DNA of 64,000 nt, from NCBI GenBank assembly GCA_003353945.1, contig PIVM01000005.1:21351-85350 (forward strand), written 5' to 3'. Shown here piece after piece: positions 1 to 7,443 of the stretch (its first letter is position 1; each line of letters begins with the position of its first letter). The notes beneath the pieces are model-generated. The model was not told the DNA's origin. It did no database searches and saw nothing but the letters and a program-made list of their open reading frames with translations. A program made the translations under genes and the position numbers. Source of the stretch: Gammaproteobacteria bacterium (GTDB lineage Bacteria > Pseudomonadota > Gammaproteobacteria > Pseudomonadales > PIVM01).

Positions 1-600
1 TACTGCAGCATAATTATCCTTATAAGTGCCTCCCATATCGGCATACGCCAGACTCGCTGAAAGAGTCCCCATCGTGTTAATACGCCAACCGTAACTTGCG
101 CCAATATAAAGTCCACTTTCCTTATAGGTTTGTCTGTATTGACCCGATCGACCAACATGATCATCACTCAGATTACCCGCTACCGGCTCCGGTTCTATTT
201 CAGTTTCTCCCGACATATAACCGTAAAAGATACTAAGGTCCTTCCAGACTTTACCGCCCAAGGTAATACTAAAATCCTCTCGGGTAATATCACTGTCGGC
301 ATCCGTAAAAGGCACATCAGAGCTCGCTGACACCTCACTTAAACCAGTTTCATATTTTAGTGAGCCAAACAAGCGCTCATGAACCACCGTCACAGAAGCG
401 CTCAACACAGGTATATTCGCGCTAAAATCGCCTTTGGCATTTTTTAATGTATCAGAGGGCGGAGCATCGTTCAATTTTTGCTCGAAGTTTAAATTCTTGA
501 TCTGTATCCCGAGCTGCGGAATCAAATTCAAAGCAAGCGTTTGCTGTGCACTAAAAGCCAGCATAGTCGCGGCCGTGGTGATCAATACTCTACGTTTCAT
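1..600 (-). CDS. outer-membrane beta-barrel-like protein; 3' end cut by the window edge
   Basis: Not in the supplied ORF track because it runs off the window. The reverse-strand ATG at 600 gives MKRRVLITTAATMLAFSAQQTLA, a signal peptide. I hand-translated an uninterrupted frame down to nt 1, with beta-strand-like alternating segments (LYIGASYGWRI, FSITLGGKVW). Confidence 0.5.
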   Translation of the reverse strand, partial: MKRRVLITTAATMLAFSAQQTLALNLIPQLGIQIKNLNFEQKLNDAPPSDTLKNAKGDFSANIPVLSASVTVVHERLFGSLKYETGLSEVSASSDVPFTDADSDITREDFSITLGGKVWKDLSIFYGYMSGETEIEPEPVAGNLSDDHVGRSGQYRQTYKESGLYIGASYGWRINTMGTLSASLAYADMGGTYKDNYAAV

Positions 601-639
601 TTATGCCCACTCCGTGTCAATCAGTTATAAATTAACTTC

Positions 640-1182
640 TTAAAATGTTGGACGCAAATAGTAATCCAGGGCCACCGGTATTTCCAGCACTGCATCGTCG
701 AGTTTTTCTGAAACAGGCCCGGAAGAATAGGAAACCTGGTAACGCCCGATTGCTCCAGGTGTTATCTTTAATTCACTGGACACATCCGTGTATTGATTGA
801 CAGCACTAATAAGCACCTGCCCTTCTTTACCCTTTTTCGACGTCAGAATTTTGGGTTGTTTTAAGATATAGACGCCCACATTATTAATCTCTTCAACCGA
901 TACCGAATCAACCACTCTCACCTTATCTGCTTCATCCTTCTCTATCCACTGCAAATAAAGCTTGCCGAGAGGGGCACGAACGGTTCTCTCCAACATAACC
1001 AGTCGCATACGGCCTGACCGCTTCCCCTCCGTCCAGTACCCAAAGGTATGGATATAGGTAACCTCATGTGACACGTTTTCAACCAGTTTCAAAGACTCCA
1101 GATTCTGATCTGCCCATACTGGCGCCAATGAGAGAAAAAAGATGCTTGTAAGCAAACCGGTAGCTAAAAAGTGTTTCATCAT
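640..1182 (-). CDS. secreted hypothetical protein
   Basis: ORF 640..1224. The 1224 start is a GTG. The more plausible start is the ATG at 1182/1179, giving the MMKHFLATGLLTSIFFLSLAPVWADQ signal peptide. No family recognised. Confidence 0.5.
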   Translation of the reverse strand: MMKHFLATGLLTSIFFLSLAPVWADQNLESLKLVENVSHEVTYIHTFGYWTEGKRSGRMRLVMLERTVRAPLGKLYLQWIEKDEADKVRVVDSVSVEEINNVGVYILKQPKILTSKKGKEGQVLISAVNQYTDVSSELKITPGAIGRYQVSYSSGPVSEKLDDAVLEIPVALDYYLRPTF

Positions 1183-1255
1183 CAAGACTCTAATTTTCTG
1201 ATAACAACAAAATGGAAAAACCACATATTTCGGACATTGAACAAAACAACAGCAG

Positions 1256-1267
1256 GTGACATGTCAC
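1256..1267. promoter_or_regulatory. perfect 12-bp palindrome GTGACATGTCAC (candidate operator; fourth copy of the motif family)
   Basis: Read directly at 1256-1267. It is intergenic, about 75 nt upstream of the 1182 start and downstream of the DUF1566 gene. The same 12-mer occurs at 6653-6664. No -24/-12 element was found next to this copy. Confidence 0.4.
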
Positions 1268-1349
1268 TTTAGCTTTATGACCTGACTTTTTGTCACTTCT
1301 CTGCTCTCAATATTCCCATTTGAAACAAGAAGAGGTAGCAATAACAAAA

Positions 1350-1883
1350 TCACTGCACGCTACGTACCAATCGAACACCACCAGTGTTGCTACGATGGTA
1401 ACTACTGGAATAGCCATAACCGAAATAAACGTACCATGCGCTTTTTGGATCACTGGCTTTGGCCGAAGCCGACCAAACATTCAAACCCGGATCAAGAGGA
1501 AAGACCGACGTATTGATCGCAGGTACCACACATTGTTCCTCGACAATAGAATACAGCTCTTTAAGATTGGGCAAACGCCAATCGCTGTAACCGGCAAATT
1601 CACTAATATCAGCCCGTTGCAAAGCCTCAGCCCAAGTAAATAAACCTGCAGACCCGCCGCAGGAACTGTCCCAGAGTTCGCCTGCTTCACCCTCAAGACA
1701 ACGCTTCCACATCAAACCCGTACGCATGTCAGTGGCTGTACCATCTTCTGCCCCTTCCTCTTCATGGATACTAAATTGTGCCGTGGGCGTGCTGGCAGGA
1801 ATCCCTTCCGTCTGGCAAGTCTGCTGTGCCAACACATAACACGGCATCATCATAATGATTGCCACTATACAGTTTTTCCACAT
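1350..1883 (-). CDS. small secreted DUF1566/Lcl C-terminal-type domain protein
   Basis: ORF 1350..1928. The start was chosen at MWKNCIVAIIMMMPCYVLAQQ (ATG 1883) by analogy with its paralogue at 7374; both share the same upstream GGGAGTGG RBS. Motifs TGLMWKRC, SDWRLPNLKEL and a terminal VRLVR are typical of DUF1566. Confidence 0.8.
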   Translation of the reverse strand: MWKNCIVAIIMMMPCYVLAQQTCQTEGIPASTPTAQFSIHEEEGAEDGTATDMRTGLMWKRCLEGEAGELWDSSCGGSAGLFTWAEALQRADISEFAGYSDWRLPNLKELYSIVEEQCVVPAINTSVFPLDPGLNVWSASAKASDPKSAWYVYFGYGYSSSYHRSNTGGVRLVRSVQ

Positions 1884-1973
1884 AATTCCACTCCCGGAGT
1901 AATCCATTTTTGCACAATCACTCACCAATATTTTTTAAACACACTGCAGCACATTACATAACACGCAGTATCA

Positions 1974-4900
1974 TCACTCTTCGCTACGAACCAGCCTCAC
2001 ATGACGCACGTCATCACGTCTGGAATAGTAATTGGCATAACCGTATTTGAACCCGAGTTGCCATGCGTGGTTTGAGCTGTTGGCACTCGCCGAAGCCGTC
2101 CAGTATCCATTCGAAACCGTATTGGGAAAGTACTGCGTATCAATTGCCGGACTGTGAGTATTCAAATTCAGCAGGCTTTTTAATTCCTTCACTGTCGGCA
2201 TACGCCAATCCGCATGACCGCAATAAGTTGCCTCATTCACCCTGTCGGTATAGGCCTGTGTATTACAATAGATTGACGCATCACCGTCATAGCCGTAACA
2301 GATGGCACCATCGTCATCTTGATAACCATTGGCTCCGGCATTGGTAGTAGAATCTGTGTTATACCAATTGTAGAGGTCATCGGCATCGTGCAATCCTTCA
2401 TTGCCTATCGTGGAATCGCTTCCTTTTTTCACTTCCCAGGTCAAGCCGGTCACGTTGTCTTGGACGCAATCCCATTCCTCAGCATCTGCTAGTAATGCCG
2501 CACCTTCTGAATCAATTTTTGTAAAGCTAAAACCGGCATGGCCATCGTCGTCGTCGTAATCGGTAACATCCCGCCCATGAGCGCAATCCTGTTGTTCATC
2601 AGTTTCGCCTATGCAAGTAGCGTTGTTACCGCTTGGGGCATTACCGCCCCAGATAAGCCCTGTATCGTTTAGAGGCTTGATAAGCACTGCCGCATCACAG
2701 GCATCACCTATACCGTTGTTGGCGCCACCGCGGTTGCCAGTGTCTTCTTGTCCAGGGTTATTGGCATCAGGGCAGTTATCACCTTGGGGTGAACGGTTGG
2801 GATCACCGTTGACGGGATCAATGACGTAAACGCCATCGCCATCTGAGTCATTACAGTAATCGGCATTGTTATCCGGATTCGCAATGGTATGACAGCTATC
2901 AACAGTTGGATCATCGTCAGCCGCTGCATTATAGAGACCATCTCCATCAGTGTCGGCGCAGACTGCAGCATCCTGACTGGCATTTGCACGGTTCGGGCAG
3001 TTGTCGCCAACACCGTTGTCATCTGCCAGGTCATAGTGTCCATCACTGTCCGTATCGGCACAGGCGGCCGGGTTGTTGTCCGCACGCTTCACGCCCACAC
3101 ATTTGTCGCCCCCATCAACTTCATTAACGCCATCACCATCGGTATCAACAAAACCGGCATCATCACAGACATCACCAATAGCATCACCGTCTCCATCGGC
3201 CTGCCCTGGATTTACATCTTCTGGACAGTTATCACCTTGGGGTACGCGGTTGGGATCACCATTGATAGGATCAATCACATAAACGCCATCGCCGTCTGGG
3301 TCATGACAGTAATCAGCATTGTTATCCGGATTTGAAATGTTCGGACAGCTATCCACAGTTGGATCATCGTCAGCCGCTGCATTATAGAGACCATCTCCAT
3401 CAGTGTCGGCGCAGACTGCAGCATCCTGACTGGTATTAGCGCGGTTCGGGCAGTTGTCGCCAACACCGTTGTCATCTGCCAGGTCATAGTGTCCATCACT
3501 GTCCGTGTCAGCACACGCAGCCGGGTTGTTGTCCGCACGCTTCACACCCACACAGGTATCCGCCCCATCAGCCTCGTTAACACCGTCGCCATCGGTATCG
3601 ATAATACTGGGCTCATCACAGACATCGCCAATACCATCACCGTCTTCATCGGCCTGCCCTGGATTCGCCATTTCCGGACAATTATCACCTTGGGGCACAC
3701 GAACCGGGTCACCATTGACGGAGTCAATGACGTATACGCCATCCTCATCTGGGTCATTACAGTAATCAGGATTGTTATCCAGATTTGAAATGCTCGGACA
3801 ACTATCGACAGTTGTGTCATTATCGGCGGCGGCATTGTAGAGACCATCACCGTCCGTATCGGCACACGCCGCTAAATTTTGAGACACATTTTGACGTGCT
3901 GGGCAATTGTCATCCAGTTGCGGTAGGCCATCACCGTCCGTATCCGGACCTCGGGGTGTCGGGTCACAGACGTTGCCCTGGCTATCATTATCGTCATTTG
4001 CCTGAGAACTGTTATGTTGCAAGGTACAGTTGTCAATGGTATCCGGTACGCTATCACCATCCTTATCCAGATCACAGGCATCACCGAGATTATCACCATC
4101 CAGATTTGACTGATTTCCATTGGGTGTATTGATGCAATTATCCACCGTATCTTTCACACCATCGTTATCACTGTCATCGCCATTGCCATTGCCATTGCCA
4201 TTGCCATTGACAGCGTCACAGGCATCACCATTACCATCACCGTCCGTATCAGACTGACTTGGATTTATAACGTAAAGACAGTTATCCTCCGTATTATCAG
4301 CTCCATCACCATCCAGGTCTGAATCACAAAGATCGCCCTCTCCATCGTCATCCTGATCTGATTGGTTGGTGCTGTTGACGGAGGGACAGTTATCGGCATT
4401 GTTGGGAATCGAATCACCATCGATATCGGAATCACAGAGATCGCCTTCATTATCACTGTCAAAATCGGACTGATTGGCATTGGCCACATCGGGACAGTTG
4501 TCAGCCGTGTTGTCTAACTCATCACCATCCCGATCATTATCACATGCATCACCCAAATCATCGTTATCCACATTGGCTTGATCCGTATTGGCTACCGTGG
4601 GGCAGTTATCGACAGTATCGAGTATAAAGTCACTGTCTTGATCAAGATTTTTCTGTAACTGCTGCAATTCCTGTTCGATTAAGTCAAGAGCAGACACACT
4701 GTCTGGCATAACATACTGCTGCTTCAGGTCATCCACCAGCTTTTGCATCTGCGCCAACACATGGAGAATGGAAATTGAACTAATATCGCTGCCACTCCCA
4801 TTACCCGTTGACAATCTACCCCCGTTACTGGCAAAACTCTGGGACAACTCAGTCATGGCTTGACCGATATTGGTATACCCTTGCTCCATCAAAACGCCCA

Positions 4901-5612
4901 TAATCGACGCTGAAAGTAATGCCGCTTTTTGCGCAGCAGGCTTCGCTTTACCAAAGGCCTGCTCATCAGTAATATCAACCACATCCAATTCCGTTAAACT
5001 ACCTTCGCCACTAACTTCGCCACCACCTTCGCCAAGGTCGATTTCAAAATAATCAGCGACCAATTGATTGGAGATTTCAACGAGCGAACTGGTAATTTGC
5101 GGTTGGATTTCAGCGAGTTTAGTCGCCATATCGGTGAGGGGGGAGACATTAACGGTGATGGTCTCTTCGTCTGCAGAGGTATTACTGGGGTCTTCCGTAC
5201 TAGGCACATTGGCCAGCGATGACAGCAAAAAGTCATCGCCCACGCCAAATTGCTCACCAAAGTCAACGTGGTTCCCCTCTCTATTCAGGCAGCCGGAGGT
5301 GAGATCACAGACCATGCGAGTTTGCTCATCCGAACGCACATCAATCCTGAGGATGACAGGTTCGCCGCAAACCTGAGCTTGATATTGTCCCTGCTCATCG
5401 GTGACCGTATCGACAGGCTCTGAGGGCGATCGGGTATTCGATTCGACCGTTTGCACCTGGACCTTACCACCAATCAACAAGCCCTTGGCAACCTTACCCT
5501 TTACTTGCCGACAACTTGTTTGCGTATCATTAGTGCCGCCGGATGAACCGCCACCACCGCAGCCAGCAACTAACAAGAAACCAATCAACAAGGATGATGC
5601 GATCTTGTTCAC
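1974..5612 (-). CDS. giant lipoprotein: N-terminal domain, TSP3 calcium-binding repeats, 151-aa repeat modules, C-terminal DUF1566 domain
   Basis: 1212-aa ORF with a GTG start. Lipobox LLVAG-C followed by a GGGGSS linker. About 12 DNC(P)xxxNxxQxDxDxDGxGDxCD motifs. C-terminus carries ADWRMPTVKELKSL ... VRLVRSEE. Confidence 0.85.
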   Translation of the reverse strand: MNKIASSLLIGFLLVAGCGGGGSSGGTNDTQTSCRQVKGKVAKGLLIGGKVQVQTVESNTRSPSEPVDTVTDEQGQYQAQVCGEPVILRIDVRSDEQTRMVCDLTSGCLNREGNHVDFGEQFGVGDDFLLSSLANVPSTEDPSNTSADEETITVNVSPLTDMATKLAEIQPQITSSLVEISNQLVADYFEIDLGEGGGEVSGEGSLTELDVVDITDEQAFGKAKPAAQKAALLSASIMGVLMEQGYTNIGQAMTELSQSFASNGGRLSTGNGSGSDISSISILHVLAQMQKLVDDLKQQYVMPDSVSALDLIEQELQQLQKNLDQDSDFILDTVDNCPTVANTDQANVDNDDLGDACDNDRDGDELDNTADNCPDVANANQSDFDSDNEGDLCDSDIDGDSIPNNADNCPSVNSTNQSDQDDDGEGDLCDSDLDGDGADNTEDNCLYVINPSQSDTDGDGNGDACDAVNGNGNGNGNGDDSDNDGVKDTVDNCINTPNGNQSNLDGDNLGDACDLDKDGDSVPDTIDNCTLQHNSSQANDDNDSQGNVCDPTPRGPDTDGDGLPQLDDNCPARQNVSQNLAACADTDGDGLYNAAADNDTTVDSCPSISNLDNNPDYCNDPDEDGVYVIDSVNGDPVRVPQGDNCPEMANPGQADEDGDGIGDVCDEPSIIDTDGDGVNEADGADTCVGVKRADNNPAACADTDSDGHYDLADDNGVGDNCPNRANTSQDAAVCADTDGDGLYNAAADDDPTVDSCPNISNPDNNADYCHDPDGDGVYVIDPINGDPNRVPQGDNCPEDVNPGQADGDGDAIGDVCDDAGFVDTDGDGVNEVDGGDKCVGVKRADNNPAACADTDSDGHYDLADDNGVGDNCPNRANASQDAAVCADTDGDGLYNAAADDDPTVDSCHTIANPDNNADYCNDSDGDGVYVIDPVNGDPNRSPQGDNCPDANNPGQEDTGNRGGANNGIGDACDAAVLIKPLNDTGLIWGGNAPSGNNATCIGETDEQQDCAHGRDVTDYDDDDGHAGFSFTKIDSEGAALLADAEEWDCVQDNVTGLTWEVKKGSDSTIGNEGLHDADDLYNWYNTDSTTNAGANGYQDDDGAICYGYDGDASIYCNTQAYTDRVNEATYCGHADWRMPTVKELKSLLNLNTHSPAIDTQYFPNTVSNGYWTASASANSSNHAWQLGFKYGYANYYSRRDDVRHVRLVRSEE
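2720..3870 (-). repeat. about 2.5 tandem in-frame copies of a 453-nt (151-aa) coding repeat
   Basis: The anchor acagttggatcatcgtcagccgctgcattatagagaccatc recurs at 2902 and 3355, with a more diverged copy at 3808, giving an exact 453-nt period. Copies 1 and 2 are roughly 90-95% identical by eye. Confidence 0.8.
4179..4208 (-). repeat. (GCCATT)5 hexanucleotide microsatellite encoding (NG)5
   Basis: Five perfect gccatt units were read directly. They encode the GNGNGNGNGNG linker inside the 1212-aa lipoprotein. Confidence 0.9.
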
Positions 5613-5743
5613 GTCTGAATACCCCTATTATATTTCACCTTCTGAACCGCCACCCCCTAAGAATAAGCCCGCGTAAATATGGCTTGGAGTATCAACTTTT
5701 CCATGAAAAAGTCGCTTTTGCGGACGTCAGAAGATGTCCATTA

Positions 5744-5870
5744 ACCCTAATAAGTCAGTTGAACCGTAATTAAAAGTACATTGTTGTCGCAGATAAAAAA
5801 TATTCCTGACATCTTGGAAAAATATCTCGATTTTGTACCTTGGCCCCTCGCTGTTGGTTCAACTGAGTTT
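5744..5870. mobile_element. MITE-like element; second copy of the family seen at 13270..13444
   Basis: Terminal inverted repeats tcagttgaacc (5755-5765) and ggttcaactga (5856-5866). The interior resembles the arms of the 13270 element. The segment is absent from the otherwise alignable leader of the paralogous gene (10792-11190). Confidence 0.4.
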
Positions 5871-6086
5871 CAATGTTTCAGTAAAAACTTTTTTTCTAGA
5901 TTTATTAGGCTATCCGTAACCTGCGTTCAGACTTTTTTGCAAAACCAAGCAAATCGCATCTGGTTATAATTTAACCACCATTGTACCGAAATTGTACCAC
6001 TGCGTAAATTATTTTTACCCGTACATCAGCTTTACCTCTATATAACTCAGACAACTCAGCCGAGTGCAAAAAAGCATATAAGATAT

Positions 6087-6446
6087 TTATATTTGCAGAT
6101 ATCGCACTGTACATAGACCAAATAATCCCAGAGCAAATAAAACGATGGTGCTTTGTTCTGCTGATTTAGTCTTGTCCGTACTAGTGATAGCATCTATGCT
6201 AACGACAATATTATCAATTCCCCACCATTCATCCGACTGCGTTGCAGGATCTCGACTAAAATTACCGAGATAATTTGTAAGACCGGTACCATCATAAATA
6301 TTATCAGAAGATATGGAAGAACAACTCCAAACCGTATCTATCCCATTTTCAAAACCCGTTTCATATTGATTCAGCGGTATTGTCTGAGCGGTGGAGACAG
6401 CTAGCGCTAATGGCAAGCTAAGAAAAAACCCTTTGGCCGTATTCAT
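6087..6446 (-). CDS. small secreted protein with a degenerate PEP-CTERM-like C-terminal sorting signal
   Basis: RBS GGAGAGG and signal peptide MNTAKGFFLSLPLALAVSTAQ. The C-terminus is WGIDNIVVS...TKSAEQSTIVLFALGLFGLCTVRYLQI. This has the PEP-CTERM layout (DN-x-V motif, short polar motif, TM helix, basic residue), but with AEQ in place of PEP. Confidence 0.6.
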   Translation of the reverse strand: MNTAKGFFLSLPLALAVSTAQTIPLNQYETGFENGIDTVWSCSSISSDNIYDGTGLTNYLGNFSRDPATQSDEWWGIDNIVVSIDAITSTDKTKSAEQSTIVLFALGLFGLCTVRYLQI

Positions 6447-6524
6447 TGCGCCTCTCCACTTTTTTTCAGATACACGACTTTACAAGTTGTGGATATCTAC
6501 TCATATCAAACTTGTAGGTAGTAT

Positions 6525-6542
6525 TAGCAATGGAGATGCCAA
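6525..6542 (-). promoter_or_regulatory. sigma-54 (-24/-12) promoter TGGCAT-CTCCA-TTGCTA
   Basis: The reverse complement of tagcaatggagatgccaa has GG and GC correctly spaced. It lies about 80 nt upstream of the ATG at 6446 and about 124 nt downstream of the palindrome centre at 6658. Confidence 0.6.
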
Positions 6543-6638
6543 CTTTGCTGCAGATTCTACAGCCGATAAACCACCATATTGGCAACGAATGGCATGCCAA
6601 TCAGGTCGTATTATGGGATTCTTTATTAAGAGGAGATA

Positions 6639-6665
6639 TGTGACACGCTATCGTGACATGTCACA
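6639..6665. promoter_or_regulatory. candidate enhancer (UAS): TGTGACAC-N6-GTGACATGTCACA
   Basis: An outer inverted repeat, TGTGACA N13 TGTCACA, contains the perfect 12-mer GTGACATGTCAC (6653-6664). It has the same layout and spacing as the site at 11305-11331. Confidence 0.5.
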
Positions 6666-6804
6666 AAAAAAATCAGAGAATTTTATTCGTAGTATTATGA
6701 AAAATGCCCAGTGTCGTGACGCCTCGGATTGTTGAATTGACGTTGTGCAGGCTCATTATGTTCGGCATTCCCATGTAACGCACAAGAACAGTAAGAAAAC
6801 AAAA

Positions 6805-7374
6805 TCATTGAGCGTCACGTACTAACCGCACATGACTGAAGTAGTCGACATCACCACCCTCACCGCTAAATTGCTCGCGGCTGTCAACGAAAGGAGCTCC
6901 ATCTTTGAAACGCACGAGCCATGACCCGTCTGAAACACTGCTACTGGCCGAAGACGACCAAACGCTCAAACCTGGATCATTGGGAAAAACCGTAGAATTT
7001 ATCGCAGGAGAATTACACTGAACTTCAACGATAGAACGAAGCTCCTTAAGATTAGGCAGGCGCCAATCGGTACGCCCTGCAAAGCCGCCACCGACGTTAA
7101 CAGTGTCTGACTGTTGTAATGCTCCGGCCCAGGTAAAGAAGCCTGTAGACTCAGACACGGCACAGGTAGACCCATTCCATAGTTCACCTATGTCAAGCTC
7201 CAGACAACGTTTCCACATTAAACCGGTACGGGTGTCAGTGGCCGTACCGTCTGGATGAATAACAAATTGCCCGGTCGGTGTGCTGGCGGGGATTGCCTCT
7301 ATTTGACAGATTTGCTCGGCAAACACATAACAGGGCATAATCATAATGACAGCCACTAAGCTGTTTTTCCACAT
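6805..7374 (-). CDS. small secreted DUF1566/Lcl C-terminal-type domain protein (paralogue of 1350..1883)
   Basis: Signal peptide MWKNSLVAVIMIMPCYVFAEQ; motifs TGLMWKRC, TDWRLPNLKELRSIVE and a terminal VRLVRDAQ. Confidence 0.8.
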   Translation of the reverse strand: MWKNSLVAVIMIMPCYVFAEQICQIEAIPASTPTGQFVIHPDGTATDTRTGLMWKRCLELDIGELWNGSTCAVSESTGFFTWAGALQQSDTVNVGGGFAGRTDWRLPNLKELRSIVEVQCNSPAINSTVFPNDPGLSVWSSSASSSVSDGSWLVRFKDGAPFVDSREQFSGEGGDVDYFSHVRLVRDAQ

Positions 7375-7443
7375 AGTTCCACTCCCGGTGTATTTTAATA
7401 TTGTTCAATGCAGGGGTATCAAAGCTCCCCAAACAAACCAAAC

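Noticed and set aside
1183-1255. A sigma-54 promoter between the 1256 palindrome and the 640..1182 gene.
   Set aside because: No GG-N10-GC element was found on the minus strand here. The palindrome is only about 75 nt from the start codon, so if functional it must act differently, for example on a sigma-70 promoter. It is reported only as a motif copy.
5613-6086. The long conserved leaders of the giant lipoprotein genes, considered as a riboswitch or a conserved upstream ORF.
   Set aside because: Conserved blocks exist (for example the AAAAAGCGACTTTTT hairpin), but I recognise no known riboswitch. The 22-codon uORF in leader B has no counterpart in leader A.
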